A stretch of 63,592 nt of DNA, counting the filler, from Octopus bimaculoides (taxonomy: Eukaryota): the NCBI RefSeq assembly GCF_001194135.2. It is 9 parts of 8 records of this genome, joined end to end, with 100 filler letters (N's around TTAATTAATTAA, not from the genome) between each part and the next. Parts side by side here need not be neighbours in the genome. Positions count along the whole stretch, not along the records: positions 37,847 to 39,589 come from NW_026393644.1; positions 39,690 to 55,823 come from NC_068989.1; 7 more parts are not named here. One strand, written 5' to 3'. The notes below the pieces were generated by a model. That model made no database searches. It was not told the origin of the DNA and saw only the letters and a program-made list of their open reading frames with translations. Positions 38,674 to 50,743 of this stretch are shown one piece after another. Made by a program: the position numbers and the translations under genes. Each line of letters starts with the position of its first letter. The stretch's first letter is position 1.

Positions 38674-38730
38674 CGCGGATGGCAGTTCTGTTTCACGCCA
38701 TTTCACCGTAATGCGGATCATCAGCGGCAG
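38674..38730 (-). ncRNA. Putative type I hammerhead ribozyme, copy b
   Basis: CUGAUGA-U-CCG(CAUUA)CGG-U-GAA-AUGGCG..UGCCAU-C: canonical core, alternative 6-bp stem III, AUC triplet; stem I only 2 bp proximal. Confidence 0.55.
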
Positions 38731-39142
38731 CTAGCCAAGCTCCAAAGGGCAGACAGAAAACCAAACTTATATAGAACGTTTACGGCGTCGAGGTTAGCTT
38801 GGGGTGTGCTAACACATCGAGGTTAGCTTGGGATGTGCTAATTGATATTTGTTACAACAACAACGCCGACGATGACAACAACAACAACAATGACGAAGAC
38901 AATGTTAACGACAAAAACAGCGCGACAACGGTAACAGCAACAAGAACAACGACAAAGACGTCGATGGCGACAAATAGACAACGATGATGACAACAACTCC
39001 GACGATCACGACAAGGACAAGAACAACGAACAACAACAGCAACAACTACATCGACAAATACAACAACTACAACAGCAGCAACAACAACAAAATCGAGAAC
39101 ATCAACTGAAACAAGCGTCTCGTTTTTATTTCCCTTCTTCAG

Positions 39143-39309
39143 CGACAGACGACGCTTCTACGTGTCTAGAAGTCACTTTGGCTGTTTAGGAGACGCTGGC
39201 TGGCTTGTGATCAGCGAACAAAGCAGCCTCTGCATTTGGGAGACGTCACTTGTACTTCCCAGATTCCTGTACTCTAGCAAATCTTCGAAAACCAGTTGGG
39301 GGGCGCTCA
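39143..39309 (+). CDS. Internal exon of host gene (DRRRFYVSRSHFGCLGDAGWLVISEQSSLCIWETSLVLPRFLYSSKSSKTSWGAL)
   Basis: Strong pyrimidine tract with CAG acceptor and perfect GTAAGT donor (phase 1). The motif string RRF..GC..DAGWL..C.WE..P.FLYS..W matches a repeated mollusc/cnidarian extracellular domain that I recall being auto-annotated as beta-1,3-glucan-binding-protein-like (unverified). Confidence 0.88.
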
Positions 39310-39352
39310 GTAAGTATTTTGTTGTTGAAGTACCTTGCATTTTTTTATCTGT

Positions 39353-39589
39353 GCAGGCGTGACTGTGTGGTATGAAATTTATTTCCCAACCACATAAATT
39401 CGGGTTCAGTCCCACTGCATTCCACGACAGCCTCAAGACGACCAGTACCTCGTGAGTGGACGGAAGCTGAAAGAAGCCTGTTATATATGCATCTATGTGT
39501 ATGTATCCTTGAGCTGGTCCCTACCATCAACTTTTGACAACTGGTGTTGGCGAGTTTACGCCCACTTAAATGAGCGGTTCGGCAAAAGA
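39353..39589 (+). mobile_element. SINE family A (diverged, runs into gap)
   Basis: GCAGGCGTGACTGTGTGG..GGGTTCAGTCCC..GAGCGGTTCGGCAAAAG. Confidence 0.8.
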
Positions 39590-39773
39590 NNNNNNNNNNN
39601 NNNNNNNNNNNNNNNNNNNNNNNNNNNNNNNNNTTAATTAATTAANNNNNNNNNNNNNNNNNNNNNNNNNNNNNNNNNNNNNNNNNNNNTGCGGTAGCCA
39701 TGCAATTTAAATCGACTTTTAACTATTTTTGAAATGCCTTCAGAAACAATCCATATTATATATATATATATAT

Positions 39774-41041
39774 TCTCTGCTTTTATTCATACACAGTTGT
39801 GACAGTTATAGAGTCTTTACAATGCCCATTCACTGCAAACTGCCGATATTTGCACGTTAGCACAAAACTATTTTTGCCGCTACAAATGCAACTGTCACCA
39901 TTCTTAATTACGACTTACTCAGTAAGCTACCTTTTCAAGAACTTTGTTACAGATCAGTTGACACTGTTATCGACCTCGATCAGGTTACACACTTTCCAAC
40001 AGAATTTCTCAACTCCAAACATCCTCCAGGGATCCCTCCCTATGATCTTCACTTAAAAGTCGGTTGACCTGTCATCCTCCTATCTAAACGCACCCACACT
40101 ATGCAATGGGACTCGCCTGGTGGTCAACCAAATGATGGACCACGTCATTGAAGCTCAGATTATCACGGGACACGGCAAAAATGGTACCGTTTTTATTCCG
40201 AAAATTTCGCTAACCCCAACAGACTGCCCCTACCGTCTGCGGCGACTTCAATTTCCTCTCAAACTCAGCTTCGCCACGACAATTAACAAAGCACAAGGAC
40301 AATCAATGAAAGTTGTCAGATTGGACCTTCGAATATCATGCTTTTTACATGGACAGCTCTACGTCGGTTATCCCAGAGTTGGCCATCCAGACAACTTATT
40401 CATCTATGCTGAAGGAAAAACCAAAAATATCGTCTACATAGCAGCCCTACAGTAGTTTCTCATCTACTGTAATCTTCACAATTACGCCAAACTGTAGCCG
40501 TTTGCAATCAGACTTCCTACAAGCATTTCATTGATATTTTGCTTCATTTCTGTGATTGCTGTTAACAGTACATTACCTTCCTTCAGTGATCCTTCTTACT
40601 TCACGCATGCTGTTCGATCATAAGCGTGCTCTGACATTTACTTTTGTACATGCCATTATTCTATTTGTGTGTTTGCTATAAATGTTTGCTTTTGTTTATC
40701 ATACATGACTTTCATTGAGAAAAAAACCTTCAATGAGGTTGTGTCAGGCATTACGAGTAAAATAACTACAAGGTACAAAACGCTTTAGGCAAGATATAGG
40801 ATCCTTAATGCCTACTGCAACTGGAATCTCATTTCATGGACTTTCACTTATTACTAACTGCCAAATTTGTGTTCAAATGACTTTACTCATTACCTAGGTT
40901 GCTAACGAAATTGGTAATTATACATTTTACGTTTATCACCTTGAAACGACTTCTAACTACGGGCCAATTCAACTTAAACCGTCCAAAGGAGTGTGCCATT
41001 ATAATAAATTACATCGTCCAAAGGACGGGTGCATTTGCTAG
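39774..41041 (+). mobile_element. Helitron 3' portion (internally deleted)
   Basis: Helicase C-terminus, then subterminal hairpin CGTCC-AAA-GGACG (41015-41027) and terminal CTAG (41038-41041) followed by T. The 5' boundary is uncertain. Confidence 0.85.
39930..40455 (+). pseudogene. PIF1-like helicase C-terminus of Helitron RepHel
   Basis: FPTEFLNS, PPGIPPYDLHLKVG*PVIL, LCNGTRLVV, FIPKISL, RLQFPLKLSFATTINKAQGQS, HGQLYV, TKNIVY; one stop and one frameshift. Confidence 0.92.
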
Positions 41042-42269
41042 TATATACATACGTACATACATACAAACATACATACATACATACATACATACATGCATGC
41101 ATGCATACATACATACATATATATATATGTATATATGTATATGTATGTATGTATGTGTGTATGTATGTACGTATGTATGTATGTATGTATATATATATAT
41201 ANNNNNNNNNNNNNNNNNNNNNNNNNNNNNNNNNNNNNNNNNNNNNNNNNNNNNNNNNNNNNNNNNNNNNNNNNNNNNNNNNNNNNNNNNNNNNNNNNNN
41301 NNNNNNNNNNNNNNNNNNNNNNNNNNNNNNNNNNNNNNNNNNNNNNNNNNNNNNNNNNNNNNNNNNNNNNNNNNNNNNNNNNNNNNNNNNNNNNNNNNNN
41401 NNNNNNNNNNNNNNNNNNNNNNNNNNNNNNNNNNNNNNNNNNNNNNNNNNNNNNNNNNNAAACTTATTAAAACTTCAGAAGTTCTTAGAACTTTGGTCGT
41501 AGTAATGCTTTGCCTTTGTTTGTTTAATAAGAATTCCTCCTCGTAATGATTTTGCTTTCATTTTGTGATAGACAGTTATCATGCCCACTTCCAAATCCTG
41601 TTTTCTGATTAAAATTGATTAAAATTTAAACCTTAGTAACATTTTTATGTAATTTTTCTGGAACAAATAAATAAAAAAATCGGAATGAACGTGGAAAATT
41701 ATTTCAAAATACTAGTTTAAAAATTTTGACAATATGTGACAGCAACAGGGAAGACCCTACAAAAGTAGAGAGACAGACAATTATAGGATATCGCACACAC
41801 ATACACACACATTTACATTTACAAACGTACACACAGGTAGTCACGAGTTTAAAATGGTGTTTACAAGACATATGTATGTATGTATGTACGTATTAGTGGA
41901 GGTTGTAATTTTATATTCTGATTCCACATATCGCTTGGAGTTCATTTTGATGTGAGAACAAAATTAACAAATCTTAAAAGGTATGCAACCACTCCTAACC
42001 CTTGCATAGCTACCCCACTAATTCTGTGTTTTGAATACTAAAAATGTAAGGATCTGTAAACTTGTTTTAATGCTATTAACTTAGTATTGGTTAAATATTA
42101 CCTATATAACATATTATAAATAATACGCAACCCCTCCACCTGAACAAAATAGTTATTGAAATCTATATTTATTTATATAGTTTGTATTAATTAAATGACC
42201 ATTATCTTTTCCAGTCAAAGTGAAGTAAACTTTGTCGTGATTTCTGTACATTTAATATGAATTCGTGCT

Positions 42270-43222
42270 TATTTTCGTAGCCTGTTCTGACTTCAGAAGC
42301 TTTTGTCACTAAATTGATAACATGCTCGACTCCTTGACTCTGACAAGGAAGCGGTATTGGCTATGACAATCAGATCTTTTTATTTGTTTGTCATAACACG
42401 TGCAGGTGCATATATCAAACATTTCATTCAAGCCCTCTAATTTCTTATCGAAAGTATCTCCTCTTTGCTTGATGGGTATTTTGTTTAATTTATCAGTCAA
42501 TCTCTCAATTTTTAGAACTATTCCCTCAAACCCAATATAAGAAAAAAAAAATTGTCCCATATTGTTTGCACATCTGCAGTCACAATCCGGTAATATCCTT
42601 TCGTAGGTGAATATCTGTTCTTCACGTTTTCTTATGTATAAATAATAAATAGATCAGCTTTTGATGGGATCATTGCTGTAGGAAGTTGCAGAAAATCCAA
42701 ATGTGGGTGTCTGTGGGTGTGTATTTGTGTGCCATTGTATAATTTTATATACTTAAACTTAGTTTATATTTATGTAAAATTATAATGCAATTTAGCTCAG
42801 AAATAATCTGAAAAACGAAAGAAAATCATTTAACAAATGTATACATTTTACAAAAAAAAAAAAGAAAGAATTATTTAACATATTGAAAAGTTGTAATTTT
42901 ATCATGTTGGAGGAGTACTTACCTAACAATTGTCTTATATCCCAATGTTTGCGCTATCTTTACTCATCAGATGTTTTAAACAAGGTTTCTACAGTGAAAT
43001 ATAATCAAATGTTTCATATTCATAAGCAATTTAGTATATATGTGTTAGAGATTATATGATTAATATAGAAAGTTAGGATATTTAATTGGGGTGTATGCGA
43101 GGGGTACGGAGGAGTCACATAACCCCAATTTTCATATATTTTATTTACAATACAATTTGAAACTCTATGCATACTGTGGAATTAAAGTTCCTTAAAAATG
43201 GTTGTGTTTCGACCCCCCGCTA
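42270..43222 (-). mobile_element. Probable hATm-like DNA transposon 5' remnant
   Basis: IVLKIERL..KKLEGLNEMFDICTCTCYDK..DCH..FLV resembles hATm N-terminal Cys motifs as I recall them; possible terminus TAGCGGGGGGTCGAAA at ~43207-43222. Confidence 0.4.
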
Positions 43223-43247
43223 GTACGTAGGTATGTATATATATGTA

Positions 43248-43430
43248 CGAGGTCTGATCACTGAGTATTCGGACTGTTGCTATAGTAATGAAGCTAAAGC
43301 ACGCAGAGTAAAGCAGCTTGGCACAGATTGACCTTGAACTCTGCTGTGCATGCGCACTAAGTTTTAACGTTCCAGCTCACTTCCGCTGTTTACAAAAGTG
43401 CTTGTATATGACAGCTGTATTAACGTTAAC
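43248..43430 (+). mobile_element. 5' end of a second mariner-type element
   Basis: TA + CGAGGTCTGATCA..GTATTCGGACTG, a typical mariner TIR start; no partner TIR found. Confidence 0.55.
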
Positions 43431-43816
43431 ATCCCACTGCCACTCCATATTTGTCGCTTACACAACATTACCCTCCCCTTCCCTGATATCAACTACACAC
43501 ACTGTGCCACTACATTTCCCTCGTACAAATTTTTTTACACCCTTCTCATTTTATCATATAATAGCCCATCCCTCTAAGGGGCCCATTATAAGTTTTTATT
43601 GAAATCAATTAGCCTGTAATTGAACTGGATATTTGTTTAACATGTATGCAAAGTTTCGTGAAGATTGGTTCACTGGTAAGGCAGCAAGATGGTAACAGTC
43701 AAAGAGAAAGACAGAAATTGCCATGTTGTATAAGATAAATATATATATATATGTCCAGTAACAAACCTGTATCACGTCCTCGCGTTGTTGTTTTTTGTCT
43801 TTTTCGAACTTATATA

Positions 43817-43848
<32 letters not shown>

Positions 43849-44167
43849 NNNNNNNNNNNNNNNNNNNNNNNNNNNNNNNNNNNNAACCACAAGAGGATCA
43901 GTTTTGATTTTATCCACCATATTCCCCTCTCAGGTTCACACATCTTGTAGCGGTCCTTCAGTTTTTCTAAGCCCTGTAAAATAGTGCGGAAGGTTGGACC
44001 TCCAATCAGGCCTTTCTGGATAACCTTAAAGCCAGAAAATTTTCAACACCCCATCGTACTAATACATATACACAACCACGTAAGACAAGGATAACTGACT
44101 ACATGTGATAAATTATATAAGGCTTGTATGTATGTATGTATGTATATATGTATGTATGTATGTGTGA

Positions 44168-44485
44168 AGGTGCAGGGCTCAGTGGTTAAAGCATCAGGTT
44201 CACAATCATGACGCATTGAATTCGATTTCTGGACAGGGCTGTGTGTTGTGTTCTTGGGCAAGACACTTTATTTCACGTTGCTCCAGTTCACTCAGATGTA
44301 GAAATGAGTTGCGACGTCACTGGTGACAAGCTGTATCGACCTTTGCCTTTCCCTTGGATAACATCGGTGTCGCGGAGAGGGGAAGCTGGTATGCATAAAC
44401 AAACTTACCCGGATTTGTGCCTAGGAGGGGAACTTTTAGGTACAATCCCATGGTCATTCATGACCGAAGGGGATCTTTACCCCTT
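44168..44485 (+). mobile_element. SINE family D (longer tail variant)
   Basis: GGTGCAGGGCTCAGTGGTTAAAGC..TTCGATTTC..TTGTGTTCTTGGGCAAGACACTTTATTTCACGTTGCTCCAG. Confidence 0.75.
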
Positions 44486-44597
44486 ATGTCTGTCTGTCTG
44501 TATGCATTATATTTTAATCAAAGAATCCAGAAAATACACTTGTATTATTACTGTTTTTAATAATACACATTAACACTCAAGCCTAGCACTTTATCTG

Positions 44598-44701
<104 letters not shown>

Positions 44702-45180
44702 GCTAGCTAGCTAGCTATCTGCTTGTCTGTCATTCTGTATGTCTACCTGCCTGCCTGTCCCCTTTGTCTGTCTGTCCTCTCTGCCTGTCTGTCCTCTCTG
44801 CCTGTCTGACTGCCTGTCTATCGTGTCTGTCTGACTGTCTACCTTTATGCCTGTATTTCTGTTTGTATTTATCTCTCTCCGATGTATATTGACGAAGGGG
44901 ATAAACATTTCCGAACTAATGACGCTTATTGTTCACCAAATCACGATATAAAAATAATAATGAAAAAAATTAAAAGAAGTTAATAACAAATCAGTTTACT
45001 TACTATATTCTATATTTGTTTCCGATCGTGAAACATTTCTGGAAAGTAAATATAAAAATTGATACAAGTCTTGCCAACGCAACAATGGCTTTTGCAATAA
45101 TATCCTCTCATCGGAATATCTTTTTATAACTTATATTTATAACGTTATGCATTTTAATTATTCTAATAATAATAATAATG

Positions 45181-45232
<52 letters not shown>

Positions 45233-45257
45233 TAATAATAATAATAATAATAATAAT

Positions 45258-45476
45258 CCTTTCTACTGGAGGCACAAGGCCTCAGATTTGGTGGGAGGGG
45301 ACTAGACTAGTCGATTACATCGACCCTAGTGCTTCACTGTTACTTAATTTATCGACCCCGAAAGGCTGAAAGGCAAAGTCGACCTCGGCAGAATTTGAAC
45401 TCAGAACGTTGCGAGGGGCGAAATACCGCTAAACATTTTCCCGGCGTGCTAACGACTCTGCCAGCTCGCCGCCTTA
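45258..45476 (-). mobile_element. SINE family C between (TAA)n and (CTA)n tracts
   Basis: Full-length reverse complement. Confidence 0.9.
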
Positions 45477-45490
45477 TACTGCTGCTGCTG

Positions 45491-45587
<97 letters not shown>

Positions 45588-46261
45588 GAATAATAATAAT
45601 AAGAATAATCGTGTTCATTTCTATTGTGTTGTGTCCCCCCTCTCTCTCTCACTCACTCATTGGAATATTTCTGAATATATATAGTCCTATATATAATTCT
45701 CTGTTGTCTTTTTTCATGCTTTCTTCAACGTTGTAAATTTTCCCGCGCCTGTGATCTTGCGTTTCTTATGTTAAAAGCTGTTATTTTGAAGTTTTGTTTC
45801 ATTTGTGATTTAAGAACTATCGTTGTAAACCTGGGCTTTTGTTTCAACATGCATTCGTTTGATACAAATGAAAAGAATTGTTTCCTTTTTCCTCATATAC
45901 GTTAATAAGTTAGTTGCATGTTAGTTTTAGAATTTTTCTCTCATCATTTTATAACGGAGGACATATTTCTATTTTTGTTTATTTTTTTCTCTCTCTCTCT
46001 CGCTTCAATGTTAGAAACATTCTTGCTGGCAGTGCGCTCACCCAATTCCACCTCCACGAAGTCTTCGTACCGGAATCTTGTTACCAGAAATCTTGAAATC
46101 CAGATTTCAGTCAACCACATCTATTAAATTTTATTAATGATAATGGTAGTGAGGATGATCATAATAACAATGATAATGATTGTGATGATAAGAACACTAC
46201 TGGTTTTAGTAGTAGTAATAATATTCGAAGTGGTGACGATATTGATAGTTGTAATAATCTT

Positions 46262-46472
46262 TTGTTCTATAGGCACAAGGCCTGACATTTAGTGGGAGGG
46301 ACTAGTCGATTACATCGACACCAGTGCTCGACAAGTACTTATTTTTATCGATCTCGAAAGGATGAAAGGAAAAGTTGACCTCGGCAGTATTTGAATTCAG
46401 AACGTAAAGACGGATGAAATGCTGCTAAGCATTTTGTCCGGCATGCTAACGATTCTTCCAGTTCGTCGCTTT
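46262..46472 (-). mobile_element. SINE family C
   Basis: Full-length reverse complement. Confidence 0.9.
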
Positions 46473-46502
46473 ATTAATAGTTGTAATAATAACTGTAATA
46501 AC

Positions 46503-49500
46503 ATGTCAGGGCACTTTTAGTGCTATGGTGACCCTACGAAGCGCTTGTCCAGTAAGGATAGTGGCTTTTGTTGGACACCTTGCAAGATGAAAAACCAAAC
46601 TCGTGAAAAGGGCGGATGTACTCTACTAGAGTCAATGGCCATTCAACTATATGAGTCTTTAAGTGCTGCGAGAATAAATACTGGAGGTGGCGACCAGCGT
46701 ACGATAACCAGCTTCAATGAGAGCATACATGCCTCTCGGAAGTCTTGGCTGACAACTTGTCTAGTGATGGTTACATGATATAGTTACTGGTTGGCGGTAA
46801 TCCTAAAGCACAAACTCAATTATAAGAGAAATGTCAATAATGAAAAGTAATTCTAATGTTGTCAACGAAGCTGCAGTTTTTAGCGAGGGTGTTGCGTCTG
46901 CAGGTGTCCTATGGAACAGCTACTGCTGAACCTCAACAGCGAAGGAGATTAAAATGGATAAAAATGAACAACAAATTGTTTGAATGTCACATTAAGAGTA
47001 ATGAGCCAGAGGAAAAAGGCTATAGGAAAAGATTATTAGAGCTCTGGGAAAAATATCATCCACATGAAGAGTTGAAGGATGTAAGTGAACAGACATTGGC
47101 TGATCAGATTAGACAAAAGTAACTGCAGGGAACTACTAGTCCAGAAGAAATATCCAGGAGAACCTAGAAAGTATGAACGCAGAGGGAGGGAATCTACAAT
47201 ATATAGAAGACATTAGAGAGTCACCCGAAGAAATTAGCCCCGAACTAGCTACTCTCTGCAACAGAATTCTAGAAGTAATGTTCTTTGAGGAAAAGAAGAG
47301 GTTACCAACATTGAAATCATGTGATAGAGCAAAGTTAAGATCAGAACTCAGGGATGCGAATGAAGCTGCCATGAGAATTTCAATTAAAGGTATCACTGAG
47401 TTAAATTTCTTGATGTATGTCACTTGCTTATGTTACCACAGAGATGTGCGTGCTGAAAGAAAAGAATATACAGAGAAACAATGTACCATTCTGGAAAAGA
47501 AGAATAAAAGAAAGCATCAATATATGGCGAAGGGATTTAAATAAAATCGATGAAATAAGGATAGGAAATGTGAGGCTCAATGAAAGAAAACAGAAGCACA
47601 TGAATAAGAATTACCACCTGGTGGATAAGGGCACTTTATATCGGATATGTTAAAACAAAAGATCAAAGCGAGTAGAATGATGATTAAAAGGTATGAGGAA
47701 TGATGCTTACAGTTTAGACAAAATCAACTATTTAGAACAAATCAAAAGCTGCTTTACGAGACTTTGGATGGTGGTTATAAAAAAGAAAGTAAGAAGCAGA
47801 TATTTCTGATCCCAAAGAGGCAAATTCATTTTGGAGAAAGATCTGGTCAGGCAATATCAAACACAACAGGGCACTTTGGCTCATGAAGCGGAAGAATTCA
47901 GGCATGGAGATACAAGAGAACATAGTCGTCACGTTGGAAGATATTCAAGCTGTGGTAAAATGAGAAATTGGAAGGCGGCTGATCCGGACCTAGTTCAGGG
48001 ATTTTGGTTCAAGGTTTTGACAAATCTGTATCCTAAATTGTAAAATTCCTGCAAGGCTGTGTACATCAAGGAATTGTACCAGAATGGATGGTCAAAAGAA
48101 GAACCGTGTTGATTCAGGATTCAGCCAAGAGTACCAAGGCCCGTAATTATTGTCTGATTGCTTGTTTACCTATGACGTGGAAGCTTCTAACTGGGATAAT
48201 GGGAAAGACATTGTATGACCAACTTGAAAGAAATGGACTACTAGCAGATGAAAAGAAAGGTGAGAGGAAGGAATCATGAGGAACAAAAGATTAGTTGCTG
48301 ATTGATAAGGCAATTGTTAGGAACAACCGTAGAAGGTTGACAAACTTATCAACGTCTTATATAGACTGGAAGAAGGCATATGATATGGTTCCTCACTCGT
48401 GGATTCTAAAATACCTGGAGATGGTAAGGGCAGCTAAAAATATGATTTATTTATTCAAAAACAGTATGAAAAACTGGAAGGCAGTTTTGACTGCAGGTGG
48501 AAGAGAAATTGGACAAGTCGACATCAGAGAAATTGGACAGGTCGACTCTGTGTCACCCTTACTGTTTGTTGTTAGTATGTTACCACTCTCCATGTTTCTG
48601 AGAAAGATGGGAGCTGACTACAAACCTCAGAAAAACATGAGACCAATCAATCACCCGTTGTTTATGGACGATTTGAAGTTTTACGGAACTAGCAAAGGTC
48701 AACTGGATTCCCTTATTCAGATTGTACTAATTTTCACTCAAGACGTCCGGATGGCATTTGATATAGAGAAATGCGCTGTTATTTAACTGAGGAGAGGAGG
48801 GTGCAAAGTAGACAATAGTGGAGCACAACTTCCAGATGATGAATGGATAAGAGAAGTGAACGGAGAGGGTTACAAATATCTTGGTGTTTCACATGTAGGC
48901 AGATGATGAACACCAGGATGAAAGAAAAATGTTCTTGTTAATATATCAGAAGAGTTTAAAAACTATGTAGATCCAAGCTGAATGAAGGAAACCCGATTAG
49001 AGACATCAGCGCGTGGGCTGTAGGTGTGGTATATTATTGCGCAAGGTCTGTGGAATAGACGAAGGAAGAACTGGTTAACATGAATAGAAAAACTAGGAAG
49101 GTAATGGCTGTGCATGGGTGCCTTCATGCCAGAAATAACGTAGCAAGGCTTTACTTACCCAGGGAGTAAGTTGGAAGAGGAATGGTTGGAATAAAGGATA
49201 GGGTTACAAAGTAGACTAAGTTCTTGTATGCCCATCTGAGGAATAGTGATGAAATAATGTTGGAGGCTGCACTGAATGAGAAGGTTATGAGTGACAATAG
49301 TGAGATCCTCCAGGAGTACAATATGATGACTAATAGAGAAACGATCATCAACTGGAAAGAGAAAATCCAATACGGAGTTTTCTAAAAACATCAGATGAAG
49401 CTGATGAAGAATCCTGGAAATGGTTAAGACATGGTTTTTTTAAAGGAGACAGAAGGAGTGATTCATGCTGATGAAGAACAAGCTTTATGAACCAACTCAA

Positions 49501-50150
49501 TCAAGTGCAGCATTGATAAGACAGTAGTATCACCTTTTGTAAAGTATGTGAAAAATCATCTGAGACAGACATATAATTAGTAGATGTCAAAAACTGGCTC
49601 AAATGGAATACAAAAACGCCGTGACAAAGTGATAGTGCAAATACACTGGGATTTGTGCAAGAAGTACAAGCTACAATATTCCAACAAGTGGTATGATCAC
49701 CAACGTTTGCCAGTAGCACATCAGGTAAAACTCACATTAGATACGCCAATATACACAGACAAGAAGCTGCAACATAGCCGATCAGATATCACTCTCCCAC
49801 GCAAGGAGTTCAAAGAATGGACCCTCATCGACGTAACTATATTTACAGACCAGAATATTGTAAAGACACAAGATGAGAAAGTCGGGAACTATCAAGAGTT
49901 AGGATTGGAAGTGAAAAAGGATCCATAGAATCTCAAGTGTGAGTGTGACACCTATTATGATTGGTGCAAATGGGACTATCTCAAAACGAGTAATATTCTG
50001 ACGTCAAAAGCTGCAAATACCAAACTTCTCTGGAAGTATTTAGATGGCAGAAATACTTGGAACAGCTCATACGTTAAGAAAAGTGATGTATCTCTAAGCT
50101 GCGTGACAAAGATAAGACATGACAAAGATAAATCAGAAGTTAACCGAATA
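46503..50150 (+). mobile_element. Near-full-length decayed RLE-type non-LTR retrotransposon (R4/Dong-like), copy 1
   Basis: Single disrupted ORF ~46840-50097 with WKRRI, NWKAADPD, NYCLIACLP, GTKD.LLID, IDWKKAYDMVPH, DSVSPLLF, LFMDDLK, YKYLGV, RLYLPR, CKVC..SET, HWDLC and HSRSDI..IDV..K (RLE); no APE domain. Confidence 0.9.
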
Positions 50151-50206
50151 AATAAATGAATGAATGATGAGGATGACAACAACAACAACAGCAACAACAA
50201 TAATTA

Positions 50207-50721
50207 AATGCCCTGATGCAGTAACAAGCAGTGGCTCTCTGGCAGTGTTATCATGTACATGTTTTGTCTTGTTAAAGATGGGCTACAGCAAATATTCTGC
50301 TCAATACCACAGATGTGCATATCAGTTGCTTGATCTTAACCAGTTGAACATGTCTCTTAGTGGCTGACGATATGTTCATCTCTGATCACGAGCAGGAATA
50401 GTGGGAGAGCATCGTAGCCATCTGTTGAGATGAGTTCTTTGGGGTTTGAATAATTCACCTCCGAAAACATGGGTGTATTGTTCATTGTCCTTAACGCTCA
50501 TTCAGGGACCTTTTAAGCAGGATAGGCTACTCGACCTGAAGAAAATTCTAACTGGGCTCCACCTCCAAGGTCATGCGCTGTTTATCTTGATGTGAGATCA
50601 CCATGTCGCGCACATATGGTTGTGATGTCTGTGCCTAGTGTGCCCTTATCAGACGAGTAGTCATAATGGGTATATTGGGCTTCGTATGGGTATATTGGTG
50701 ACATATATTTCTCTCTCACCC
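50207..50721. repeat. ~510-550-bp non-coding repeat family F between (CAA/TAA)n tracts
   Basis: High similarity to 53390-54300; no ORF; flanked by trinucleotide repeats on both sides. Confidence 0.85.
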
Positions 50722-50743
50722 AATAATAATAATAATAATAATA

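Larger units (their letters stand above)
38040..38730 (-). repeat. Diverged tandem duplication, unit ~343 bp after removing two 49-bp assembly overlaps and their gaps
   Basis: 38040-38270 aligns with ~38433-38730 (TATCCAACCTAAC, TGCCATA.ACTGC, GAAATTC..GTTGACTA.ATTTC, TTTCACCGTA..G.GGAT.ATCAGC). Confidence 0.85.

Noticed and set aside
46503-46830. Hairpin-rich 5' region of R4-like copy 1 as an HDV-like ribozyme; also 54590-54640 as a twister
   Set aside because: Local hairpins are present (GCACT/AGTGC, TGTCCA/TGGACA, GAGAG/CTCTC), but I could not assign the required pseudoknots by eye.
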